Below are positions 27,648 to 40,605 of a DNA stretch of 64,000 bases, one piece after another (within the stretch, counting starts at the first letter, position 1; every line of letters starts with the position of its first letter). Below the pieces are notes generated by a model. It worked only from the letters and a program-made list of their open reading frames with translations. It was not told the origin of the DNA and did no database searches. The DNA comes from Geosiphon pyriformis uo1 (lineage: Eukaryota > Fungi > Glomeromycota). The stretch is taken from contig JAAOMT010000387.1 in assembly GCA_016748015.1 (NCBI GenBank), forward strand, positions 1 to 64,000, read 5' to 3'. The position numbers and the translations under genes were made by a program.

Positions 27648-28440
27648 TATTACAGTTTAAGAATTTAATAGGAATTATAAATAATATAAATTAGCCAATC
27701 ATGAAATAGCACAGCAACAATTTATAAAAAGAAATGATTTACAAATAACAGCAAGCACTATTTTACAATAGCATCAAGCACTATTGTGCAATAGCAGCAA
27801 GCACTATTTAGAAATAACGGAAATAGAGTATTACAAGACATTATTTTGTAAAACAATAATTATATATATATACAATAGTTTTTAATAATGAAAAAAGAAC
27901 AAGCTTCAACTAAAAGCAACAAATATCTAAATAAAATCTTATTCAAAAAGAATTAATAAAAATAATAAATTGAATGAACATCACAATTATGAGATTAACA
28001 ATAGAATTCACATACCCTTTTTAGTGAATGAAACTATCATTTCATCTTTAAACTCTTTGGAAGAATAATCCCTGATTAAGATTATTCACATAATTACTAA
28101 TTAAATTGAAAAAAACTTATTATATACTTAGAGAAATCATGAAAAGACCATTAACATTCTGTGTTTCTAGATTAGAGAAACACATTAGGCAATTGCAGGG
28201 ATAGTCTCAGAGAAAACCCCAGACAGCAGATAGATTTCAAATTAGCCTCTGGAAAGAAGTACACAACATACAAAGACAACTAGAACTAGAGAAAAAACTT
28301 ACATCACAACATCAAAAGAAAACTTTCAGTATATTATTATTAATATCCAACACATAATAGAGAAACTTATGAGAGACTGATTGCAATTAAAACGGGAGAT
28401 CAACAATTAAAATATACTAAGAAAACCATTCCGTAATATT

Positions 28441-28458
28441 TGGTGAACCCTACAAGGA
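28441..28458 (+). other. Primer-binding site of Gypsy C (candidate tRNA-Trp)
   Basis: TGGTGAACCC lies 2 nt after the LTR and is complementary to a tRNA ending GGGTTCACCA. The tRNA identity is inferred. Confidence 0.65.
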
Positions 28459-28520
28459 AAAAAAATCAAAAAGAAAATAATAATTAGCAATAATTTATTG
28501 CTAAAAAGGAAGAAACAAAA

Positions 28521-31500
28521 GTGGCAACAAAAACCCTTACTCTTACTGTTCTTGAATTCTGCCATGCTATTTACACACAAAATCAAAGTGATTTTGGATT
28601 ACCAAAAGAGTATTGTTCAGCAGAATCTGCTCTCACTTATTATATCAATGCCAGAATAAATTACCACATAGGAAAGAAAGAAGAACCACATGATACAAAA
28701 CTTAGATTGTATAGAGAATTATCACAATACACTACAAAAGAAGTAGCAGTAATAGCTGCAACTATTGTTAAAATCTATCAAGAAATTGAGCAATATGCCA
28801 ACAAAAATTTTCCAATATCCACAGGAAACACTAGGGAACGCACCAACAAAACCAAAGAAAATTTAAAAACTAATCAGGAAAGTAACCAGCAAAAACTAAG
28901 AACACTTGCTCAAACACCAAAGAAAACTGTCACTCAATCAATAAAAAAACAATGTATTTATTCACCAGAAAATAAATCATACCATTTTTCACCAAAAAAT
29001 AAGATACAAATTTTATTAGAAGCTGCATCATCATCAACATCAACTCCACAAATGCCAAAAACTCCTAGTTATACTGATAAAATTAAACAACATAACTGGG
29101 GAGACATACCAATTACAAGAGAATATTTATTACTATTCCAAAACCCTCTTTTTCAGCCAAAATTTGGAACAGAGTTTGAAAACCATGAAGAGGAGTCTGA
29201 ATCGGAATCTGAAAAAAAGACCAGTGAAAAAACAATCACAAGACTGGTTACTGAAACAAGCAGCCAGTTCAGAAACCAAAAAACTCATGATCAAGAGGAA
29301 GAACTGGATATAAAAGAAGCCACTTTTAAGAACACTCAAGGAAATATTATCTCCCCTCTTCTTAGACCAATAAGCCCACCAGCAAAAAATGGCAACAAAA
29401 TGGTCACACCATACATTGCAAGATTAACAGATTTCTCAGAAGAGGAAGAAGAAACGGATGTGCACACATGGCTCAGAGAAGCACAAAAAGCCATTCAGGC
29501 AAATAACTGGAATGACCAAAAAGCAATTCAAACATTTTTTTTTTTTTTAAAAGGCACAGCCAACTCATGGTATCAAAGCCTGGAAACAAAACCCATGAGC
29601 TTCACTGAATTTAAAAATGCACTCCTGGAGTATTTTAGCGACCCAAATGCCATAATCCAACTACAGAATGAATTCAATACTATTAAGCAAGGTACTGGTG
29701 AAACTGTTACCCAATATCTTGCTCGATTCAATCAAATTTGCCATCAGATTGAAGTGATTGAACAAGAATACTATACTGATTCTCAGGTTTTAAATTAATT
29801 TATTAGAGGATTAAAAAGCAGCATTTTAAGAAGAGTACACCCTGCCCACCCTGATTCATTGCCAAAAGCCATTACACTTGCCAGAGCCCTTAAATCAGCT
29901 GAAAAAGAAGCTAACCATAGTTAAATGGTTAACATGGTAATGGAGGAAAACAAGACAGAAATGTTAGAAAAGAGAGTAACACAATTAGGAGAAAAACTCT
30001 CTAAAAAAATAAAAAGTTACCTCATCTCAGACCCAGAAAGAAATAATACATACCAAACATCTCAAAGACACAACCAGGAATTCAGCGGCAGCCAAAATAA
30101 TCACTCGTTACATCAGGACTTCAGAACAGAAACACGCGCCTGTCATTTTTGCAAATGCATAGAACATTTGATTGGCCAATGTCAAACACGAATGATGCAA
30201 AAGGCATGCAAAAATAATTATTATGCGCCCCTCCCAAATGCTCAAAAATCAATACATGCCAATATCACGTCAATACTTTACTACATACCAAAATTAAGAA
30301 ACTTACCAGTAATAACCAGTGATTTCAAATCCAAACTGGCGTCCAGAGTTTTGAAGCCAGTCAGTATTAGGTTAAAATGTGATTATTACTAGAAATCTTA
30401 ATCATGTAGAACCTAATCAGCAAACAAATGCAAACTACCCAAACTACCCAAATTTTAAGCCAACTTACCTTAATATATCAGAAAACTTAAATCTCGGAAT
30501 TATTAATGGTAATATATCTGAAACCAAAAATATCACCAATAGCCAGAACTTGATCCAAACAATACCACCAGCCATTGTCATGGAAAATAGCAGCCTCGCA
30601 GCTATTTTTCTTTTTGAATTAGAGGAAAAAGAGGCTATGTTTAATGGAGCAGTATTAGACAAGGAATGTCCAATTACTGCTATGTACACAGAAGCAAAAG
30701 TAAACAACATGTCAATTAAACTCATCTTAGACAGTGGATCTGCCAGAAGCATTGTGACACTTCAACTAGTAAACCAACTGGGTTTCAAAGTTGATTATGC
30801 CGCAATGTCTCAAATTATAACAGCTAATGGAAGTACCAAGCTGCCTCATAGCAAAATCGACACATTTCCTTTTGAAATTAACAGCATAATAATATCTACA
30901 AAAGTATTAGTAATGGATGCTACACAATATCAAGTGTTAGTAGGGAATGACTGGCTAACAAAAACCAATGCCACCCTAGACTGGACCATTCAAGAGCTTT
31001 TGATTAATTATAATGGCCACCAGGCCAGAATTCCAGTCACCTGTGGCCACTTTCAAAAACCCAGCACCAACCAAAGACTTACCTTCAAATTTGAGGAAAA
31101 TTCAGCACTACCAGCTATCAAAACCTATCAGCTCTCTTGGGCTGATGACCAAAGAACAGGACTACCAGCTATACCAATGTGGACCAGCAAAGAAAGATCC
31201 AAATGGAACCAGATAAGTTCACAAAGAAACCACCAATAATACAGACCAAAGCTAGAATGCTCAGTTTGCAAGAAGAAACTCTTGTCTATGACTGCATACA
31301 ACACACTGGACAAAGACCCAAGAAACCCCACCCATTACTATTGTAACCATTATAACAAAGAAAAATATAATTACCCAGAAAGACATGGAAAATAGAACGA
31401 GGAACTGTGCCTCACTTGTGAAAAACCATTACCAAGAGGGTGTGACTGGAACAACATACTAGGCAAAGGAAGAATGTGTAATGCAACTTGCCAATACACG

Positions 31501-34500
31501 ATCCTCATCTGTAACTGGGTAAGAGGAGGAATGCTGTTTGAAGCAGCATTCAACAGAGCATTAAGAAAACTACAGCACTATTCACATGATGAGGATGAGT
31601 TATACAATACTGCATAAGCCAAAGTAAGAGGAAGAACCACCAAAGAAATATGACATTGAAAAGTGTTAGCTGAAATAACTGACGAAGTTACCAACTACAA
31701 CATGTTTGACCCAGTAAACGAATTCCAGGAAAACTACCAACAGCTATGCTCCACTCACCAAGAGCAAGAACAGTATCTTGCCTAAATCAATACTTACTTT
31801 TATAAAGACTGTCTTATTCTGTGCCAAATTCAGTGATGTGAAGAGTGTCAATATGAAAAAAACTTAGAAAAAAAAATGAAAATTAAGAATTAGCAGTACC
31901 AAAATCAATCAATAAATCAACAAAACTCACCTGATGGTCCTAAGTTAGAAAATATTTTAGCCTATACCAATCTAAATCAGGAGATCAGCATCCAGTACTA
32001 TAACAATGGGCACTTAGGAATAGTACTCAAAAGAGCCCATCCAACCGATGCCAAATTCGATCTATGGTATTCGGAAGACCAATCTATGACATTGCTATTC
32101 AAGAGTATTACTAAAATTGACCTAAAAATAGCAGTTAAAATTCTACTAGGAATAATATTCCAAATAGTGTCGCGATCAAGCCTTGCAAAAAAAGAAATAA
32201 GCATTCAAGAAGAAGTAATTGACTCTGGCTACACTGGAAATTTGATGGTTTTGCTACAGAACAATTCAAAAAAATCTTATACCATTGAATCTAAAAAGAA
32301 GATTGCACAAGCAATTTTTCTACCATTGGTAAAAATTGGGAAATTCATGCCAGTGAAAAATCATAAGGAATTGATACAAACAATGAAAGAAACTTTTGGT
32401 TTCAGATTAACAGGAAAAGGAATTGAAGCAAATTTCACTGAAACAATAGAAGAAAAAGACAAATTAATTAAAACTGAGTAGTCAATTACGCTCATGCCTT
32501 ATGGAAAATCAGAAATTAAAATAAAAAGAACAATAAAAGATATAAATCTAATATTCAAGTCTTATTCAGAAACTTGCCAACAGTTTCCCATAGGACTTAC
32601 TAATCTTTTTATTCCAGTTGACAAAACACAATAGATAAAAATTTCTATCACGAATACCACAGAAAAGCTTATATACATTCCAGAAAACACCATTATAAGA
32701 TATCTTAGAACAGAATTAGAAAATGCATCAACACCATAAAAAATTCTAAATTTCCTAGAAATTGCCTTTTACTGTGAACTCACTTTAATAAATTAGCAAC
32801 AACCATTGGAATGCTATCAATTTACGCCAGAAAAATTGGCCAAATTAAACATTGGAACAATGAATCCAAACCAATAGCAACAATTAAAAGCATTAATTTT
32901 AAAATACTCTGATATATTTTCATAAAATGGCAAATTTGGAAGAACCAACTTGGTTCAACACCAAATTCTCACTGGGGATGCCAGATCTGAAAAACAATGC
33001 ACTTACCATGTCCTACTAATGAAGCATAATTTTATCAGAGAAAAAGTTCAAAGCATGTTGGAAAAAGGAATAATTCAACCATCAATGAGCCCATGGTCCT
33101 CACCAGTTGTTTTAGTAAGGAAAAAGAATAGAAAAATTAGATTTTGCATTGACTATTGCAAACTAAACAGCAAAACAACCAAAGACTCATATCCAATACC
33201 ATTAATTAACAAAATCTTTGATGTTTTTGGAGAAGCAAAATGGTTTTCTACACTTGACTTGACCAGTGTTACCAGAGGTTTTTGGTCTCTTTTCTTGAAT
33301 GTTGTAAATATTTGTTGGTTGAAAATTCACATTTTCTAGAAGTAGTTGAACCTCCAATAACTGAATTTATCTTCAAATTATTTCCTATAATTTGAACTGC
33401 TGGGCTTATGAGTGGAATGGCCAATTCTATGCCAGTTACTTTATATAGTTATGTTATAGTAAACATCAACTCTTTCCTAGGAATTGCTCGTTTGGAAGCT
33501 TACTAAAAATGTGTAGTTACTTTGCTGTAAAAGTCAACTCTTCTACTGGAATCTTATCTGTAGGCTACCCTAATGATTATAATAAGAAAATAAAAGAAAA
33601 ATAAAAGAAATATAAAAGAAATAGAATTCTGTCAAGGGAAACGTTTTCTATCCAGGCCTGAAGTCACTAACAGTTTACTGAAATTGGTAGCTAATCAATT
33701 TCAAAATGTTAATTGGGTTTTTGGAGATTTTCTAAGTGCAATATTTAAAGAAATTGGTTTTTTGAATTATTTGATATTTTATTTTTTTTTGTGTGTGTAG
33801 GAATGATTCTAAGTGATAAATCTAAAGTAAGATACATTTTTTTGAAGAGAAAAGCTCTTCTTTTATACAACTTGTTATAGTACTAGTCTATGAACTTGCA
33901 CTTTTTCTCTTTGCTCAAATTTTGGTGAACTAAAGATATATTTTGATGAACTACAAGTTATTTCGCTGAATTATTGATTAACTTGGATGAACTATTCATA
34001 ATTTTGATGAATTTCTATAAATTTCAGCAAATTTCATATAAATTTCGGCGAATTTCTGTAAATTTCAGCAAATTTTAGAATGTTACAAAGTTCAGGGTAT
34101 TGTGTAATTTGATCATTTTACTTTCTGTTGTACTAATTAGATTATTAATTGAATCGTGATATGTGATAAATTGATTAAATAATAAGTGATAATTTGGATT
34201 GATATTAATATGTTAATTACTGATAGGAATTATAAGGATAATTTCATGCTAATTAATAGCTAAAATTCTACTGGTAACACTAGTAGATACTGGCAAGTGG
34301 AAATGGACCCAAAAGACAGGCATAAAACAGCATTCACAACACAAAATGGCAATTATGAGTTCAATATAATGCTATTTGGATTGACAAATGCTCCTGCAAC
34401 ATTCCAAAGACTAATGGATGTAATTTACTCCGGAATTCTGTGACAATCTATTGTTGTTTACTTGGACAATACAAATGTTTTCTTGCCAAAATTCACAGAT

Positions 34501-35265
34501 TATCTCCAACATTTACAACAAGTTTTTGTGAGATTGAAACATGCTAGACTTAAATTAAATTTAGAAAAATGTTTTTTTGGGAAAAATGAGCTAGCATTTC
34601 TAGGAAACATAGTTGGAAAAAATAGAATAAAACCAGATCCATCAAAAATAGACAAAGTGAAAAATTTTCTAGTACCTTGAAATGTTTCAGAAGTTAAAAG
34701 CTTTTTAGGACTTGTATTTTACTACTGCTACTTTGTAGAAAACTTTTCAAACATTGCCAAACCTCTTAATTATCTACTATCCAAAAATGTGAAATTTGAA
34801 TAGACTGAAACACAGCAAAAAGCTTTTGAGTACCTTAGGCAAAAGCTCATTGAATTACCAATAATGATCTATCCGAATTTCAACAAGAAATTCATTTTGG
34901 CCACAGATGCTTTTGGAATGGGACTTGGAGCCATTCTGTCACAAAAAAATGATAATGGAAGAGAATGTGTAATCACTTATGTCAGCAGAAGTCTCAGTAC
35001 AGCAGAGCAAAACTATGCAGCACACAAACTTAAATGCTTAGCAGTAGTCTGGAGTTGTGTTTACTTTAACACATACTTATGATACAAATCCTTTGATATT
35101 ACCACAGATCATAGAGGTCTGATCTGGTTAAATAACAAGAAAGCACTAAAAGGAAAATATGCCAGATAGTCACAAATATTAGCACCATACAATTATATTA
35201 TCAAATACAAAAAAGGTACTAAAAATGCCAATGCTGACTGCTTGTCATGAATGAAACACACATAA
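28521..35265 (+). pseudogene. Gypsy C gag, PR, Cys-rich module, dUTPase, RT, RNase H (interrupted by solo LTR)
   Basis: Capsid MHR IKQGTGETVTQYLARF; knuckle CHFCKCIEHLIGQC; LILDSGSARS; VSRSSLAKK...VIDSGYTG; SPWSSPVVLVRKK...RFCIDY; VYLDNT; ILATDAFG; stop at 35263-35265. Confidence 0.9.
33267..34279 (-). mobile_element. Solo LTR of family A inserted in the RT of Gypsy C, TSD CCAG/CTAG
   Basis: 9-bp terminal inverted repeat tgttaccag...ctggtaaca; aligns to 7506-8464. Removal restores LDLTSRYWQVEMD. Confidence 0.93.
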
Positions 35266-35296
35266 AAACCATCAAACAACAACCAATTCATAAACA

Positions 35297-36676
35297 ATGG
35301 ACAATTACCTTTACAAAAATCTTAGCCAATACTTGAGAACACTACAGCTAGATAAAGATACACCGATAAAAGAACTAATTAAGTTCTAGAAATTATTAAA
35401 ACATTATTTTATTCAAAACCACATACTTTATTACCAGAATCAACAAAATCCAGATAATTTATTGAGAGTTATAACTGAAAATGAAAAAAAAACTATCTTA
35501 TTTAACATGCACTCAGATATCCATTCAGGCCACTTTAGAAAAGAAGCAACTATTCAATGTACAACTAGTTATTATTATTGGCCAAAAATGCACTCAAATA
35601 TTATCTAATACATAAAAAATTGTGACCCATGCCAATAAAAAGGAGGAACAAAAACAACAGAACCACTAAGACTCATAAAAGTTGGACAACCATTTGATAG
35701 AATTGGAATTGATTTAGTTGGACCATTACCAATAACAGCAAAAAACAATCATTATATTGCAGTAGCAGTAGATTACTTCACTAAATAACCAGAAGCTAGA
35801 GCCATTCAAACAGCTAATGCTATATCTGTAGCCCACTTTGTACATGAAGATTTAATTTGCTGCCATGGATGTTCACAAAAATTGTTGTCAGACCAAGGGA
35901 CACATTTTATAAACAGTACACTAAATGAACTTAGCCAAAAATTTGGAATTAAATAATCACTATTATTATTATACCACTTCCAAACAAATGGATTAGTTGA
36001 ATGATTTAACCATACACTATGTGAAGCATTAGCCAAAATCAGCAGTGAACATGAAAAAGAATGAGATTTGTTCATATCAGCAGTTTTATTAACATATAGG
36101 ACATTAAAACAAAATACTATATAATTTACACCATTTGAATTGGTTTATAGAAGAAAGGCCATATTACCAATTGAACTTACTATTCCAACTTATCCAAATA
36201 AAATTATTACAGAAACAACATTTTACAAAACAATACTTAGAAGAACATATGAGTTAATGAAAATTTTGAAGAACAAAAGAAGAAAAGCAGCTCAAAATAT
36301 TGAACAGTCACAAGCACAACAAAAAGTGAAACATAATAACCAGTTATCAGATAATATAATTAGCTATAAAATAGGAAACAAAGTATTGTTGTATTGTACC
36401 AAAGTAGAAAAACAATGGAGTGAAAAGTTTGACCACAAGTGGAATAAACCATTCTATATTCATGAAATACTTGGCAATGGAGCATACAAGTTAAGACTAG
36501 ATAAGAAAATTTTAAGAAAAGCAACACATGGCAACCAGCTAAAATTATATTACAACAAACCAGTAATAACAACACAAACACTTAGAATTGGAACACAAAT
36601 ACTACTAGTATCACCAGATCAGATTCTGCGAAATTTAAAACCAGTAGTTTTAATTAAACATTATATAAAAAAATAA
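35297..36676 (+). pseudogene. Gypsy C integrase ORF (460 codons, internal stops)
   Basis: MDNYLYKNLSQYL...MHSDIHSGH...CDPCQ (HHCC), IGIDLVGPL, LSDQGTHF, QTNGLVE, GPY/F-type tail KWNKPFYI...AYKL. Confidence 0.88.
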
Positions 36677-36761
36677 TTAATCTTAAATTACACCAAAAAA
36701 CAGTTAACAAAGCATAAAAATGCATGCAAAAGAGCTTAAAAAGCAGTCAGAAATTAAAACA

Positions 36762-37427
36762 ATGACATATATTTCAGAAAACATTAGTAAGTTAACCCAA
36801 CAACTATGTTGAAGCTTACAACAATCAAATTCAGATTTGGAAATTACAATCAATAATTCCGAAATATCATATAAAAGAAAAATGATACCAAATTCTATGA
36901 TAAATGAGAAATCTAGTTTTGCACTATATACTACTATTGCCAAAAACAATAACAGCTTTATTGACAAAACCATTAAAAATTTAGGAATAGCATTGGATAA
37001 TATATTGATAACAAAAAAAATGAACATAGTAGAATTAACACCAAGTATATTTGAACAGCTGAAGGAAAAATTCCTCATTAATTATTGTTATTACCAATTG
37101 GAAAAACAATTAAACATACAAACATTATACTCAAAAGATTCAGTTAAAGTATTCAGCAAAACAATGATACAACAATTGGAAAGTTTTATTGAAAAAACCA
37201 ACAATATACATTATATAAAAGCTGTTTACAGAATTTTTAAGGCTTTTGAAAACTGTCACAAAGTACTATTGAATCTAACTATGAATCTTATAACAATAAA
37301 TAGCATTGAATGATTAATCAATTTACAATTTCAAAATTTACAACAACAAATTAATAATACAGTATTAGATTATTACAGTAATATAGAAATCAATGAAGAA
37401 ATTAACTTCAATTTTGACAAAGCTTAA
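36762..37427 (+). pseudogene. Gypsy C ORF3 (unknown function)
   Basis: MTYISENISKLTQQL...INYCYYQLEKQLNIQTLY...FDKA*; lies between integrase and the PPT. Confidence 0.72.
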
Positions 37428-37446
37428 TTTTGAAAGGAGGAGATAA

Positions 37447-38214
37447 TATTACAGTTCAAGAATTTAATAGGAATTATAAATAATATAAATTAGCTAATCA
37501 TGAAATAGCACAGCAACAATTTATAAAAAGAAATGATTTACAAATAACAGCAAGCACTATTGTATAATAGTAGCAAGCACTATTTAGAAATAATAGAAAT
37601 AGAGTATTACAAGACATTATTTTGTAAAACAATAATTATATATATATACAATAGTTTTTAATAATGAAAAAAGAACAAGCTTCAACTAAAAGCAACAAAT
37701 ATCTAAATAAAATCTTATTCAAAAAGAATTAATAAAAACAATAAATTGAATAAACATCACAATTACAAGATTAACAATAGAATTCACATACCTTTTTTAG
37801 TGAATGAAACTATCATTTTATCTTTAAACTCTTTGGAAGAATAATTCCTGATCAAAATTATTCACATAATTACTAATTAAATTGAAAAAAACTTATTATA
37901 TACTTAGGAAAATCGCAAAAAGACCATTAACATTCTGTGTTTCTAGATTAGAGAAACACATTAGGCAATTGCAGGGATAGCCTCAGAGAAGATCCCAGAC
38001 AGTGGGTAGATTTCAGATTAGCCTCTGGGAAAAAGTACACAACATACAAAGACAATTAGAACTAAAGAAAAGACTTACATCACAACATCAAAAGAAAACC
38101 TTCAATACATTATCATTAATATCCAACACATAATAGAAGAACTTACAAAAGATTGATTGCAATTAAAACAGGAGATCAACAATTAAAATATACCAAAAAA
38201 ACCATCCTATAACA
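37447..38214 (+). repeat. 3' LTR of Gypsy C (5' LTR 27648-28438)
   Basis: Direct alignment; preceded by the PPT. Confidence 0.94.
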
Positions 38215-38218
38215 GTGG

Positions 38219-40544
38219 TGATAGGTTTTTCTTCAAGAGCAGCTCTACTAAACAATGGCATGTTTAACAGTTCTTCAAGTTTGAATGGAAAGATGGCATC
38301 CAGTGATTCATTTTTGGTAATAGTAGCTGGTGGAATGTTGCTAGTAAGTGTTGTTTGTTGGTTGGTTTTCAGATTATAGGATTGGGTGTCTTCTGGGGTA
38401 ACCAAAAGACTTAAATAGTGTTGAAAACTTGGGTTTTGAGTATACCCAGTTCCTGAACTCCACTGTCACAATCCTAATGGCTGGTTGGATGAACTGGGGA
38501 TCAGTTGGTAAACAACCATTGCTGATTTTCAGTTTTGGGTAATTCTTAATCTGAAGTTTTCTGATGTCATTTGAGCTGGGTTGGATGGCAGTGTTTAAAT
38601 TACAGGTGTCTAATAAATTATTTGTGGCTGCAGTAGTTGATATATTACCAGTGACTGTGGTTGATAAACTGGAGGTTGATATATGAGTGGTTGATATATT
38701 GGCTGTTGTGTTATTGACAGGTAAGTCAGTTGATATGGTGCTGAGTTGGATTGGTAATTCAGAGTTGGAAACTGGTGATTGGAGTTTTGATATTGATTTT
38801 CTGATCATTGGTTATCTATCCTTAACTTACAGTCAACTTTTAAATGCCCTTGTTTACCACAGTAGTGGCAAACACATGTCTCCTGCTGCCACTGTTGATT
38901 GGTTGAGGATAATGAATGTGACTGATTCTGAAAACAATTCGCATTTCTTTGATTATTGCATCATTGTGGAGGTTGATAAATTGCCTGATTGTTAGCTAAG
39001 TATCCTTCTAATTTCTGATTGATGGAATCACTGAATTGTTTTAACTTAGAATCCAATTCAGATGATCCATTTATTACTAGATTGATGGCTTGGGCGTGGT
39101 TAACTTTGAGTTCAGCTGCTTCAAAATCTCTGGCATTTGTCACAGCAGCTTGAAAATCTGCTAAATGCATTGAATGTATGCATTGAAGGATAGTACTGCA
39201 CAATTCACAAATGAACTGGTTTAGAATCTGAGACACTGTAAAATAATCAGCTTGAATTGCTTGGATTTGGTGCAAATTTCTGTGAAAGCATTCCAAGTAA
39301 GTGGTAACTGCTTCAGTTTCTCCTTGTTTAATTGTAATGAAGGTGTTGGCTAGGCAATTAATACTGTTATTATTACTGAAATATCCTAGAAAGGCAACTT
39401 TGAATTCCTGGAATGTCTGAGGTTTGGTGACTAAACTTTGATATCACGAGTTGGTGGTATTCTATAAAAAATAGGGGATGGCTTGGAGTGCTCTTGCATC
39501 ATTCTATCCATTGGCCATAATGGTTTTTTCAATGTCATTAAGCCATATTTGGGTGTCATCTTCTTTGCCAGTAAATTTCTCGAGTTTTGCTATTGGAGCA
39601 TAGGCCATTGGATCTAAGTTTGGTTGTTGAACTTGTTGTTGCAACTGTTGTGATTGTTGAGGTGGTTGAAGTGGCTGCTATTAAATTGGTTTAATAATTG
39701 GTTCAATTGGTAGTTGATTGATGATGATTACTAGAGGTAAGTTTTGCTGATTAGTTGTTTCAGAGTTCAGATTGTTTTGAGTTTGCTGGGTTCAAATGTT
39801 CGGAGTTTCAACTTCTGGATTTTCTAGGATCGGGTTCTGGTAAGTAAATTTCTGATTTTCAGCTTTTTTTTCTTTTTCTTTTTCTTCTTTTGATTCCGTT
39901 ATCTCTCAGAGACTTGTGTTTCCAAAATCTGGTTAAGATGGCAGTAATCGGAATCCTGATGGCATTGGCGATTGTGATTTAAATCCTTCAAAATAATTGC
40001 CATAAGTCTCTAATAATTCTGCTTTTTTTTGTTTACTTTGAAATAGAAGTTGTCCAAATGTTGATGTCACATTTGATGTGAATACACCTGTTGATAAGAT
40101 ATTGATAATGCTTCTGGGTGTATAGTAGTATGATAGATTTGTTGGTGATTCAACTCTGGTTTTCTTCCAAGTGGGTGGTTGTATTTGTTTTGGTGTTACT
40201 GCTGGTGTTTGCAATCTTCCTTTGCCTTTGTTTGTGTAAGTGATAGGGAATTGTTGTTGTGTGTACCTTTTAATAGTTTGATTGATTTCTCTGATGATTG
40301 GTGCAAAACTGTAGTTTTTTGGTAAGCTGGTATGTTGAAATAATTCTGTATAGAAATTCTCCTTTGTAGATTCAATGTTAACTGTTTCTCCTATGCAGTC
40401 TGTGATTTTATTGTTGACGTAAAAGTTGAAGGCTAATTCTGCTGGAAAATAGTTATTGTTTAATTCTAATTGTTGGCTGTACTGTTGGAACAAGAATTTG
40501 GTAAATCCTAAGTGGTTTGCTCCTATGATCTCTGATTCTGCCAC
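38219..40544 (-). pseudogene. Gypsy B gag
   Basis: VAESEIIGANHLGF..., MAYAPIAKLEKFTG, IKQGETEAVTTYLECF, AVTNARDFEAAE. Confidence 0.82.
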
Positions 40545-40605
40545 CTTTGGATAATTGTTGTTGGTGCTGTTCTCTGTAGGATTATATCTCATAAGGAGCA
40601 CCAAA

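Larger units (their letters stand above)
27648..38214 (+). mobile_element. Ty3/Gypsy LTR retrotransposon C nested in B, TSD ATGG/GTGG
   Basis: LTRs 27648-28438 and 37447-38214; PBS tggtgaaccc at 28441; PPT aaaggaggagataa 37433-37446. Removing C restores the B frame EEKPIT(I/T)MYTDAK. Confidence 0.95.

Noticed and set aside
30220-30245. Programmed gag-pol frameshift in C
   Set aside because: The frame change lies in a C-rich run with no canonical slippery heptamer, and I could not confirm it in B or D; it is more likely a decay indel.
36420-36676. Chromodomain at the integrase C-terminus
   Set aside because: Only a GPY/F-type module and a short tail are present, with no chromodomain pattern.
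36762-37427. Calling ORF3 an env gene
   Set aside because: No signal peptide, furin site or transmembrane helix is visible.
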